Assembly (NCBI GenBank): GCA_030158725.1
Contig: JAOASJ010000016.1
Location: 12,616-76,615, forward strand
Length of the DNA: 64,000 nucleotides
Reading direction: 5' to 3'
DNA from: Bacteroidia bacterium
GTDB lineage: Bacteria > Bacteroidota > Bacteroidia > NS11-12g > UBA955
The position numbers and the translations under genes were made by a program. Under the pieces are notes generated by a model, which was not told the DNA's origin, searched no databases, and was given only the letters and a program-made list of their open reading frames with translations. Positions 25,053 through 34,350 of this stretch are shown one piece after another (within the stretch, counting starts at the first letter, position 1; each line of letters starts with the position of its first letter).

Positions 25053-26039
25053 ATGCAACATGTACTAGATGAAAGTCCTTACATAAAAGAAATCCTTTCT
25101 CTTGAAAAGAAATTTCCAGATAGAAGAGAGTTTCATAAAAATGCAGAGCATTTATTAAGTAAAATGGGTTCTGATGATGAATTTTTGAGATCTGTTGTAA
25201 AACGTAATTTTGAAGATATAGGTTATTTAAAACAGCAATGGAGTTTATACAATATCCCATTTTTCTATATTTATGAAACTGCTGATTTTTATTTGAAGAT
25301 TCACTTTTTTCCAAGCATGAAGAATTATGTAGCCGGTACAGCGGCGCATTGTATACATCACCATAACAATTACATCTTAACAACTGCTGCTATATTTGGA
25401 TCTGGTTATGAAACAATTTTATTTGATAAAAATGTTGAAATAAATCAAAAATCTTTAGATGCTAAACTAAAAATTAATAAGCATTTTACTCAAACAGAAT
25501 TTCCAATTCATTGCATTGATGCTTGGGAACCTCATTTGGTTTTTAATCCCGAAAAATTCTCAGCTACTCTACAATTATGGACTCCAGATCAGAAACGAGT
25601 AACCGATAATCTGAGAGTAAATCCAATTCTAAAGGCAATTAAAAATCCTTTAAGAAAATTAATTTACATGTTTGGAATGGAAAAACAATTTGGTATTGCT
25701 TCTAAGAAAACTTACCAATGGTATCCATTAGGAAATCATTTTAAAGCAATTGAAGAAAATGATTATTTTGAACCTACAAGAAAGGCTATTGGTCCTGATG
25801 TTGATTCGTATAGTATGCAAACAGTTTTTTATTTTCTGCAGAATAGGAACTTAATTGATTCAGATTTTCTTAGGCAGTTACTAGATAAAGACAGCACCCC
25901 TTTGTATTATAAGCCATTAATTAATGAAATCTTAAATGGAGCAAAAATTGAAGAAACTTTCTGTAAAGAATTCATCAATATACCATCTAAAACATACACA
26001 ATTAATGATGTCTTTATTGCTTCAAATAATGCCAATTAG
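25053..26039 (+). CDS. Hypothetical protein with a histidine-rich motif (AAHCIHHHNNY), unknown family
   Basis: I preferred the ATG at 25053 over the TTG at 25026. The 328-aa protein has no signal peptide and no TM span. I recognise no family. Confidence 0.5.
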   Translation: MQHVLDESPYIKEILSLEKKFPDRREFHKNAEHLLSKMGSDDEFLRSVVKRNFEDIGYLKQQWSLYNIPFFYIYETADFYLKIHFFPSMKNYVAGTAAHCIHHHNNYILTTAAIFGSGYETILFDKNVEINQKSLDAKLKINKHFTQTEFPIHCIDAWEPHLVFNPEKFSATLQLWTPDQKRVTDNLRVNPILKAIKNPLRKLIYMFGMEKQFGIASKKTYQWYPLGNHFKAIEENDYFEPTRKAIGPDVDSYSMQTVFYFLQNRNLIDSDFLRQLLDKDSTPLYYKPLINEILNGAKIEETFCKEFINIPSKTYTINDVFIASNNAN

Positions 26040-26054
26040 GCATTGTTTCTAAAC

Positions 26055-27248
26055 ATGCGTATAATTTATTATTCCCCACATCCAACTCATGATATTGTGA
26101 GTGAAGTAGGTTATGCTACCCATCAAAGGGAAGTAATTCTGGCTTTAAGAAGTCTTGGCCATGAAGTATTTCCTGTTATTATGGGTGGGACAGAAGTTGC
26201 TAATTTAAATGCTTTTGCTACCGATAGTTATAAGATTCCTTTTTATAAAAAGATTTTGAAAAGATTGGTTCCAAGATTTCTATGGACCAGTTTGAACAAC
26301 TATAAACTGATAAGGCATGATATCAACGCCTCTAGAATTTTAGAAGAAAACATTTTAAATATTAAACCTGATTTGATTTATGAACGATCAGAATATTTGC
26401 AAGATTCGGGAGCAAAACTTGCGAATAAATATAAAATCAAATACTTTATTGAAGTTAATGCCCCATTTATTGAGGAAATGAATGACTTTGAGGGGTATTC
26501 ATTATTTCATAATAGAGCTCATAAAATTGAAGCAGTTAAATTAACAGCAGCTGATAAAGTATTTACTGTATCGACAGCATTAAAGGATTTTCTCGTTTCA
26601 AGATATAATTGTAGTAGCGATAAAATTATAGTTCAACCAAATTGCATAAATCCAGAGAAAATCAAATTCGATACTCAATTGGTTGATAATTTAAAAGGAG
26701 ACTTACAACTAAACACTAAAAAAGTAATAGGATTTGTTGGTTCAATGTTTCCATACCATGGTGTAGATATTTTAATTAATGCGTTTTCTAAAGTTATTAA
26801 AGTACATCCAGATGCAAAGTTATTAATTATTGGAGATGGCATTGTGTTAAGTGATTTAAAAGCGCTTACCCATGATTTATCTTTGGATAATTCAGTTGTG
26901 TTTACAGGGAAAATACCCCATAGTTTAGTTTTTAACTACATACAACTAATGGATATATGCATAATGGCGAAGTCTAATTGGTATGGTTCACCCGTAAAGA
27001 TATTTGAATATGGTTTGTTAAAAAAGCCAATTATTGCACCCAATAACATACCAGTTAGAGATGTGATGGTAAATATGCAAGATGCAATTCTGATTCAAGA
27101 AAATGAGACAGAACTTAAGACTGCAATATGTAATTTATTAGAAAATGAAACTCTTGCTGAAAGTTTAGCCATTAATTTTTATAAGAAAGTTATGGAGAAT
27201 TATAAATGGAAAAATGCAGCTGAGAAAATTATTGAATCATGCGTATAG
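26055..27248 (+). CDS. GT4-family glycosyltransferase
   Basis: It starts MRIIYYSPHP. It shows GFVGSMFPYHGVD, LIIGDG and GSPVKIFEYGLLKKPIIAP. Confidence 0.7.
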   Translation: MRIIYYSPHPTHDIVSEVGYATHQREVILALRSLGHEVFPVIMGGTEVANLNAFATDSYKIPFYKKILKRLVPRFLWTSLNNYKLIRHDINASRILEENILNIKPDLIYERSEYLQDSGAKLANKYKIKYFIEVNAPFIEEMNDFEGYSLFHNRAHKIEAVKLTAADKVFTVSTALKDFLVSRYNCSSDKIIVQPNCINPEKIKFDTQLVDNLKGDLQLNTKKVIGFVGSMFPYHGVDILINAFSKVIKVHPDAKLLIIGDGIVLSDLKALTHDLSLDNSVVFTGKIPHSLVFNYIQLMDICIMAKSNWYGSPVKIFEYGLLKKPIIAPNNIPVRDVMVNMQDAILIQENETELKTAICNLLENETLAESLAINFYKKVMENYKWKNAAEKIIESCV

Positions 27249-28387
27249 CAATTATTTCTGACGGCGTCCACCCTTATGTAATTGGGGGAATGCAAAGGCA
27301 TACATTTTATCTTTGTAAATATTTGAGTTTATCTGGTGTAAAAGTAACACTGTACCACTTTAATAAAAGTAATCTTGATATTGAAAGGTTAGAAATATTT
27401 TCAGAAAAAGAAAGAGAAAATATTGAAAGTATTGTTATTCCGTTTCCAAGTTCCAATAAATTGCCCGGTCATTATATTCGCGATTCTTATAAATACTCAT
27501 GTCTTATTTATGAGCAAATCAAAGATAGATTAAACGAATTTGACTTTATTTACTCCAAAGGTTTTAGTGCATGGAAACTAATAGAGCAAAAAAAGAATCA
27601 AAAAATAGAGTGCCCGCCAATAGGGGTTAAATTTCATGGTTATGAAATGTTCCAGAAACAGGCAGATTTCAAGAGTTTTTTGCAATCTTATTTATTAAAA
27701 GGCTCTGTCCGTTGGATTAGCAAAAATGCAGATTATGTATTCTCTTATGGTTCAAAAATTACCAAAATTATAGAGTCTTTAGGTATCAATAATAATAGAA
27801 TCATTGAAATACCTGCTGGAATCGAAAAAGAATGGATTTCACAAGTGGAAAAACCTAGAAACGAAATTAGGAGATTTGTATACTTAGGAAGATACGAAAG
27901 ACGAAAAGGGATAGAAGAATTAAATTCTGTATTAAATGAATTGATTAAACAGAATACAGATTTTGAATTCCATTTTATAGGCCCATTTGAAAAAGAACAA
28001 CAAATACAATCTAACTTGATTCATTATCATGGATCAATAACAGATAATTCGCGAATTAGGGCCATTTTAGATGCCTCAGATTGCTTGGTTTGCCCAAGTT
28101 GGAGCGAAGGTATGCCAAACGTTATTTTGGAGGCAATGGCTCGGTCATGTGCTATTATTGCATCAAATGTTGGTGCAGTATCAATTGAAGTTGATTCAAG
28201 TAATGGGCTGTTAATTGAGCCTGGAGACAAGACCCAACTTAAAAATGCTATAAATAGATTTTTGTCTTTAGATGAAGCTGATATATTAGCAATGCAAGAA
28301 TCATCAAGAAATAAAATTATAAATAAATTTGAATATTCCCTTATAATTGAAGAAGTCCTAACAAAAATAAATAATACAATAAAATGA
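27239..28387 (+). CDS. GT4-family glycosyltransferase
   Basis: It shows MRIAIISDGVHPYVIGGMQRH and PSWSEGMPNVILEAMARSCAIIASNVGA. Confidence 0.75.
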   Translation: MRIAIISDGVHPYVIGGMQRHTFYLCKYLSLSGVKVTLYHFNKSNLDIERLEIFSEKERENIESIVIPFPSSNKLPGHYIRDSYKYSCLIYEQIKDRLNEFDFIYSKGFSAWKLIEQKKNQKIECPPIGVKFHGYEMFQKQADFKSFLQSYLLKGSVRWISKNADYVFSYGSKITKIIESLGINNNRIIEIPAGIEKEWISQVEKPRNEIRRFVYLGRYERRKGIEELNSVLNELIKQNTDFEFHFIGPFEKEQQIQSNLIHYHGSITDNSRIRAILDASDCLVCPSWSEGMPNVILEAMARSCAIIASNVGAVSIEVDSSNGLLIEPGDKTQLKNAINRFLSLDEADILAMQESSRNKIINKFEYSLIIEEVLTKINNTIK

Positions 28388-29433
28388 AGAAAAGATTAAG
28401 TCAACTAAATTTACATGTCCTTTTAATCTATGTTTTGCTTGCATTTCCCATGTTTTATTTTGCATACAAATTTGGTGTTTTATTGCAAGGATATAAAGAT
28501 GCAGAATCTTATTTAAAGCTTTATGCAAATTTGAGCTCTCCCGATGTTGAGGCTCCTTTTAATATGCGTTTAATAAGTGCAAGTATTATTCATTTAATGG
28601 ATAAAATAGGCTTAATTTACCCAACTGAATGTGCTATTGATGCTTATCCTCAATTTGATAAAGGCTTATTTTTCAATAATATTTTCTTTAACTTTATTTG
28701 TATCTCTCTTACTTCATTTTCATTATTTACAATCTTTAAGAAATTGGAGTTTAATGTCTTATTTTCATTCTTAGCAGGCGTATTGTATATGTTGGGATTT
28801 GGAACCGTTTTTTATTTAATGATGCCGGGACCTGATGCTTTCTCTGTCTTAGTTTTTACATGGATTGTATATTTTTATGTAAGAAAAAGTGTTGCAATAG
28901 TTCCGTTATTCATGTTGTTAATTCTTCAAAGAGAATATTATTTTCTATCATTCATGGTGATATCTGCTATGGATTATTTAAAGTTTAAACATAAGTATTT
29001 TGGATTGGTATTCTTATTAAATATCTTGTGTTTTGCAACATATTTTGCACTTAGAAAAACAATTTTCCATACTTACCATTGGCAACATCAAACTTCTCCA
29101 GAATTTCTATTAAAAACCCTTTTTAACAGTGATTTGCAAATTGTTCCTTTAGTAAAGCAAACTATGATGACAATGAACTTATACTTAGTGTATATTTTTA
29201 TTTTAATTTACAAAAGGTTTAAAGGTTTGGAAATAAATAAACATCAATTATATATAACATTGTTGTTGTTAGCACAGATTACGATCTTAAGTTATGCAGC
29301 TACTTTTGGAACAAACAATGGAAGATATTTTTATTTAAATATCCCTTTGTTTTTATACTTTATGATGTTAGAAATAAAACCTTTCTATCCAACTCTGTTG
29401 GGTGATTTAGGTAAAACAGAAACTGAAGTATAG
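28384..29433 (+). CDS. Polytopic membrane protein, unknown function
   Basis: 349 aa with about 9-10 hydrophobic spans. Its start overlaps the upstream stop (ATGA). Its 3' end overlaps the convergent gene by 49 nt. Confidence 0.5.
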   Translation: MKKRLSQLNLHVLLIYVLLAFPMFYFAYKFGVLLQGYKDAESYLKLYANLSSPDVEAPFNMRLISASIIHLMDKIGLIYPTECAIDAYPQFDKGLFFNNIFFNFICISLTSFSLFTIFKKLEFNVLFSFLAGVLYMLGFGTVFYLMMPGPDAFSVLVFTWIVYFYVRKSVAIVPLFMLLILQREYYFLSFMVISAMDYLKFKHKYFGLVFLLNILCFATYFALRKTIFHTYHWQHQTSPEFLLKTLFNSDLQIVPLVKQTMMTMNLYLVYIFILIYKRFKGLEINKHQLYITLLLLAQITILSYAATFGTNNGRYFYLNIPLFLYFMMLEIKPFYPTLLGDLGKTETEV

Positions 29434-30740
29434 CTTCTAGTTCTATATTTTTTTTCAAGTGTTTTATTTTGAACTATCTTTTTAGAGAAATAGTACAAAA
29501 AGAAAAACAAGAAAAAACCATTACCAAAATAATTTCCGGTTCTTATTAATCTTACCAAGAACCAAATAAATATGCCTTGATTAATTAGGGTATAGTCTCT
29601 TAACTCGGGGTCATCATAACCTCTTCTTATTAATGCATTTTTAAATAAAAATGCAAAAAACAAACTCAATCCAAGAAGTCCTGTTTCAGACATTAAACGA
29701 ACAAAAAGTGAATTTGCATCAGCGGTATTAAACACACCATATCTGATTACAAAGTCTTTGTCAAAGTATTTACTAAAATATTTTTTGTAATTAGATTCAT
29801 GCGTTCCAAGTCCAGTTCCAGTTAATGGATATTCATTAAAAGAAGCCTTTGCAATGATAAAATTAGAATACAAAGCAAAGCTACTGGTATTCAATGCTTC
29901 AATGTCTTTCTTTTTTGTTGAATTGTTGGAAAATGCTGTTATTGTTTGAGTAAATTTAATGTTAAATTCTTTCCATTCCTTTTGTACGTTATTGAAAAGT
30001 ATTCCAAATAAAATTATGAATATGGGTAACAATATGATTTTCCAGCTTTTTAAGGACAGGTATTTTTTGTTTATTAAATAGAATAAAAAGACGCCACCTA
30101 TACCTAATACCCCCGCAGATGAAAATGTAAAGATGAAGCAAGATGCAATAAATCCAATTAATAAATAGTTGTTGATTTTACTATTAACCCTTTCGAAAAT
30201 TACAGTTTTGTAAAAGACAAAGAACATCGCTGGAATTAATGCAACCGCAAGGAAATATGGTTCACCCATAATACCGAATATGCGGTAAAAACCGGAAGTC
30301 GTCATTCTCATTTTTTCGTTGATATGGATACCCGATAAATTCAATACCTCTTCCAGCAATCCTTCAGCAGCAACAAAAAATGCCAGATAAATATACATCC
30401 TAAATAATTTCTTGACTTCGAAATTATTATATGCAATGAAAGTATAATATGCTATTGAAGTAAAAAGCACACCAAATACTTGTTTTAGAACTCCTAGAGC
30501 AAAAGTATTGTCTATGCTGCAAATTAAAACTGTGGTTAATATTAAAGAGAAAATTGAAATAGAAAACCATCGAGGTAAGATGCCACCTTTTGTTTTAGTT
30601 TTAAAAAAGTAAATGATACTTAAAATAAAAACTAGATAATATACATAAAAATCAAAGGGAATTTGGTATCTTAGAATGATGAAATCATCCATAAAAACAG
30701 AAGCAACCATTGCCCAATTAAGGAAAGTTTTGTATTTCAT
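29385..30740 (-). CDS. O-antigen ligase/polymerase-like membrane protein (Wzy_C family)
   Basis: 451 aa with many TM spans. YRIFGIMGEPYFLAVALIPA and the periplasmic-loop string PLTGTGLGTHESNY are typical of Wzy_C-domain proteins. It is the only minus-strand gene in the locus. Confidence 0.6.
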   Translation of the reverse strand: MKYKTFLNWAMVASVFMDDFIILRYQIPFDFYVYYLVFILSIIYFFKTKTKGGILPRWFSISIFSLILTTVLICSIDNTFALGVLKQVFGVLFTSIAYYTFIAYNNFEVKKLFRMYIYLAFFVAAEGLLEEVLNLSGIHINEKMRMTTSGFYRIFGIMGEPYFLAVALIPAMFFVFYKTVIFERVNSKINNYLLIGFIASCFIFTFSSAGVLGIGGVFLFYLINKKYLSLKSWKIILLPIFIILFGILFNNVQKEWKEFNIKFTQTITAFSNNSTKKKDIEALNTSSFALYSNFIIAKASFNEYPLTGTGLGTHESNYKKYFSKYFDKDFVIRYGVFNTADANSLFVRLMSETGLLGLSLFFAFLFKNALIRRGYDDPELRDYTLINQGIFIWFLVRLIRTGNYFGNGFFLFFFLYYFSKKIVQNKTLEKKYRTRSYTSVSVLPKSPNRVG

Positions 30741-30749
30741 GGATTAAAT

Positions 30750-30757
30750 TATCTTTG
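30750..30757 (+). promoter_or_regulatory. Candidate -7 promoter element TATCTTTG
   Basis: The motif lies in the 31-nt divergent gap, 15 nt upstream of the TTG start at 30772. Confidence 0.3.
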
Positions 30758-30771
30758 CAAATGTAAAAATT

Positions 30772-31821
30772 TTGAACGTATTAATCTTATATACTGAATT
30801 AGCTGGTTATGTTTTAGGCAATATAAACCTATTTTTAGTCAATAATCCTGAGGCAAATCTTATTCTAGTGCATTATCCTGTTAATCCTGAAGCACCTTTT
30901 AAAATTGAAAGCCTGCCAAGAACACAACTAATCGAATTTAGTATAGAAAATCAAGATATAATAAAATCAGGGGTTGAAAAATTTTCTCCTGATATTGTTT
31001 TGTGTTCAGGATGGGGGAATAAATTTTATCTTCAAATAATGGATTTAATCCCAGCAACAGCTAAGAAAGTTGTGTGTTTTGATAATAAATGGAAGTCTAG
31101 TCTTAAACAAAATATTTTAGTTTTAATTTCGAAATTTTATTTATTGAAGAGATTCAATTATGCTTGGGTACCAGGAAATCCGCAAAAAACCTATGCACTT
31201 AAACTAGGATTTAAGGAAGAAAATATTTATACGGGCTTATATCCTGCCGATTCAAATTACTTTCTTAAAATTGGCCAGAAAAAATTGGAAAAAGGTGGAG
31301 CTTTTCCAAAAGTGTTTTTAAGTGTTGCAAGATATATTGCACAAAAAGACCTACCTACTTTATGGAAAGCCTTTATTAATGCAAATAATAAAACAGGGAA
31401 TAAATGGATATTAAAATGTATAGGTCTTGGTGATCAATTTGATTCTCGAATTGAAAATGAATTTATTCAGCATTTAGGATTTAAACAGCCCTTTGAAATG
31501 GAAGAGTTTATTTTGAATTCTGGAATTTATGTATTGCCAAGTATTGAAGAACCTTGGGGTGTTGCTGTTCACGAAATGGCTTTGAGTGGTTTACCTTTGG
31601 TGTTAAGTAATAAGGTTGGAGCGGCTTCTATGTTTTTAAATGAAAATAATGGTTTTAGTTTCCCAGCAGGGAATCAAGCAACTCTTGAAGAAATTTTAAT
31701 TAAAATTATGAACATGGATGATGCTGAACTTAATAATATGTCAATTGAAAGTATTAAAAGCGGCAGACAATTATTAAGTGATGATTGGTCAAGGACCTTA
31801 TTGAAAATTTATAATTCTTAA
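30772..31821 (+). CDS. GT4-family glycosyltransferase
   Basis: TTG start (MNVLILYTE). It shows PSIEEPWGVAVHEMALSGLPLVLSNKVG. Confidence 0.7.
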   Translation: MNVLILYTELAGYVLGNINLFLVNNPEANLILVHYPVNPEAPFKIESLPRTQLIEFSIENQDIIKSGVEKFSPDIVLCSGWGNKFYLQIMDLIPATAKKVVCFDNKWKSSLKQNILVLISKFYLLKRFNYAWVPGNPQKTYALKLGFKEENIYTGLYPADSNYFLKIGQKKLEKGGAFPKVFLSVARYIAQKDLPTLWKAFINANNKTGNKWILKCIGLGDQFDSRIENEFIQHLGFKQPFEMEEFILNSGIYVLPSIEEPWGVAVHEMALSGLPLVLSNKVGAASMFLNENNGFSFPAGNQATLEEILIKIMNMDDAELNNMSIESIKSGRQLLSDDWSRTLLKIYNS

Positions 31822-31824
31822 AAT

Positions 31825-32976
31825 TTGAATTCAACTAAAACCATATTAATTTTTACGGATTGGTATATTCCTGGATCAAAAGCAGGAGGTCCAATACAAT
31901 CTGTTCATAATTTAGCATTAATATTAAGCAAGCATTTTATTGTAAAAGTTGTTTGTCGTGATAGAGATCTGAATTCACAAGAAGCTTTTAATTCAATTAA
32001 ACCTGATGAATGGAATGAGATTTCAAATCAGCATTTTGTACTCTATTTAAGTCCAGAGAACACAAGTTTTAGAAAAATTAAATCAATAATCAAAGAAAAC
32101 AATCGTAATATATTATATATTAATGGATTATATTCTTTTTATTTTAGTTTTTTGCCTGTTTTAATTGCATCAGTATTAAATTTAAAATCAGTTTTTATTT
32201 CTGTTAGGGGTATGCTGCACAAGTCGGCATTATCAGTAAAAAGAACGAAAAAAATGATTTTTCTAGCATTTGCAAAAGGTTATAGCTTGTATAAAAACTA
32301 TACTTTGTTATCGAGTAATAGTTTAGAAACTATAGAAATCAAAAGAATTCTAGGTGATCAAAAAGTCAAAGAAGTTCCAAATATTCCAATTAATCCAAAT
32401 TCTATAGATAGAATTAAAAAAGTATTTAAAGGAGATAACAATACATTAAGGATTCTATTTCTAGGTAGATTGGCTCCAGAAAAAAATCCAATTGTTTTAT
32501 TAAAGGCACTACAATCAGCTACGTTTGATGTAATGGTTACTTTTTGTGGTTCAAACAATGATGAGGAATACAAAAGGCAATTTGAAAGTGAGTTAGCAAA
32601 ACTTCCAAGTTGTGTTGAAGTGAAAATTATAGGAGACATACCCCACAGTGAGTTAGGTAGTTTATTTCTACAGAATGATATATTGGCTTTGCCTAGCTTA
32701 GGCGAAAATTTTGGTCATGCTATTTTTGAAAGTTTGGCATTTGGTTTACCAGTTATTATTGGCAACAATACACCTTGGAAAGATTTAGAATTAAAGCAGG
32801 CTGGATTTGAAATTGAACCAACTAATGAAGCAGAATTACTTAAGAGAATTACCTTTTTCAATGACTTAAGTTCAGATATATTTGTTGATTGGTCTTTGAA
32901 ATCTCAAAAGACTGCTGTTTCATATTATAATGAGAATAACTTTGAGGAAATTTATCTAAATCTATTTAATGCTTAA
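31825..32976 (+). CDS. GT4-family glycosyltransferase
   Basis: TTG start. It shows ILIFTDWYIPGSKAGGPIQS, FLGRLAPEKN and PSLGENFGHAIFESLAFGLPVII. Confidence 0.7.
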   Translation: MNSTKTILIFTDWYIPGSKAGGPIQSVHNLALILSKHFIVKVVCRDRDLNSQEAFNSIKPDEWNEISNQHFVLYLSPENTSFRKIKSIIKENNRNILYINGLYSFYFSFLPVLIASVLNLKSVFISVRGMLHKSALSVKRTKKMIFLAFAKGYSLYKNYTLLSSNSLETIEIKRILGDQKVKEVPNIPINPNSIDRIKKVFKGDNNTLRILFLGRLAPEKNPIVLLKALQSATFDVMVTFCGSNNDEEYKRQFESELAKLPSCVEVKIIGDIPHSELGSLFLQNDILALPSLGENFGHAIFESLAFGLPVIIGNNTPWKDLELKQAGFEIEPTNEAELLKRITFFNDLSSDIFVDWSLKSQKTAVSYYNENNFEEIYLNLFNA

Positions 32977-33017
32977 ATATTAAAAATAATTTTTTGCTTA
33001 TAGTATATAATCTTATC

Positions 33018-33025
33018 TAAATTTG
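33018..33025 (+). promoter_or_regulatory. Candidate -7 promoter element TAAATTTG
   Basis: The motif sits 9 nt before the ATG at 33034. This would imply a very short leader. Confidence 0.3.
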
Positions 33026-33033
33026 TGTCATAA

Positions 33034-33585
33034 ATGAAGAAAACTGTAAATCTCGGTGATTATAATAATTCACATTTTAAGACTGGTTCAGGACCAATTA
33101 AAAGAGTATTATGGCATTTTGTGAATGGCTTGTTTTTTAACTCATTTTTTCATTTTTATGGTCTGAAAATTATACTTTTAAAGCTTTTTGGAGCTGAAAT
33201 AGGAATAAATGTAATTATAAAACCCAATGTCAATATCAAATATCCATGGAATTTAATAGTTGGAAATAATGTATGGATAGGCGAGGAAGTATGGATTGAC
33301 AATTTGGTTACAGTTCAAATTGGAAATAATGTATGTATTTCTCAAGGGGCATTGTTATTATGTGGCAACCACAACTTCTCAAAGCCTAATTTTGATCTTA
33401 TAACAGGAACAATTATTCTTGAAGATGGTGTTTGGATAGGTGCCAAAAGTATTGTTGGTCCCAATGTAGTTTGCCATTCTCATAGTGTTTTAAGTGTAAA
33501 TAGTGTCGCAAGTAAAGATTTACAAGCATATGGGATTTATAGAGGAAACCCTGCTCAACTAATTAAAGAAAGAATTATTGAATAA
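33034..33585 (+). CDS. Hexapeptide-repeat O-acetyltransferase (WcaF-like)
   Basis: It has left-handed beta-helix repeats (IGNNVWIGEEVWI, IGNNVCISQGA, DGVWIGAKSIVGPNV) and a C-terminal GNPAQLIKER. Confidence 0.75.
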   Translation: MKKTVNLGDYNNSHFKTGSGPIKRVLWHFVNGLFFNSFFHFYGLKIILLKLFGAEIGINVIIKPNVNIKYPWNLIVGNNVWIGEEVWIDNLVTVQIGNNVCISQGALLLCGNHNFSKPNFDLITGTIILEDGVWIGAKSIVGPNVVCHSHSVLSVNSVASKDLQAYGIYRGNPAQLIKERIIE

Positions 33586-34339
33586 TTTGAAAGTATCTAT
33601 AATAACGGTTTGCTTTAACGCTGAAAAGACAATTTTAAAGACAGTTAAATCAGTATTAAATCAGAGATATTCTAACATAGAGTATATTATCATTGATGGC
33701 GCTTCAACTGACAATACTCTTGCGGAGTTGAGTGCCTATTCAAATAATGAATTTAAGCTCATTAGTGAGAAGGATAATGGACTTTATGATGCCATAAACA
33801 AAGGCATTAGTTTAGCTTCTGGAGATATAATAGGTTTATTGCATTCAGATGATATTTATCCAAATGAAGATGTTATATCGACCGTAGTATCATATTTTCA
33901 AGAAGATACTTTGTTAGAAGCTTTGTCGAGTTCGGTTGAAATCTATAAAACAGATAATTTCGCTAAACCTTATAGGATTTATAAAGCCAATAAATTTAAG
34001 AATTGGCAATTTAAAATCGGAATTCAACCACCTCACCCAGGATTCTTTATTACAAAAGTAGCCTTTAACAAGGTCGGATATTACCGCACACAATATAAAA
34101 TTAGTGGTGATTTTGATTGGTTATTAAGAGCAATTGTTTTGAATCATATTAAAGTTAAGTTCGTCCCATTTGTCAGTGTTTTCATGCTAGATGGAGGACT
34201 GAGCTCTTCAGGATGGAAAAGTAAGGTAAAGATGAATAATGAAAATCTTAGAATACTAAAGTCTCATGGAATTTATAGCAATAAATTTTTAATTTATCTT
34301 AAGTATTTCCTAAAGATTTTTCAAATAAGGGGATTGTAG
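33578..34339 (+). CDS. GT2-family glycosyltransferase
   Basis: It shows VSIITVCFNAEKTILKTVKSVLNQ, IIIDGASTDNT and LHSDD. The start is a TTG (33578 or 33587). Confidence 0.75.
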   Translation: MNNLKVSIITVCFNAEKTILKTVKSVLNQRYSNIEYIIIDGASTDNTLAELSAYSNNEFKLISEKDNGLYDAINKGISLASGDIIGLLHSDDIYPNEDVISTVVSYFQEDTLLEALSSSVEIYKTDNFAKPYRIYKANKFKNWQFKIGIQPPHPGFFITKVAFNKVGYYRTQYKISGDFDWLLRAIVLNHIKVKFVPFVSVFMLDGGLSSSGWKSKVKMNNENLRILKSHGIYSNKFLIYLKYFLKIFQIRGL

Positions 34340-34350
34340 TTTTTTAATAA

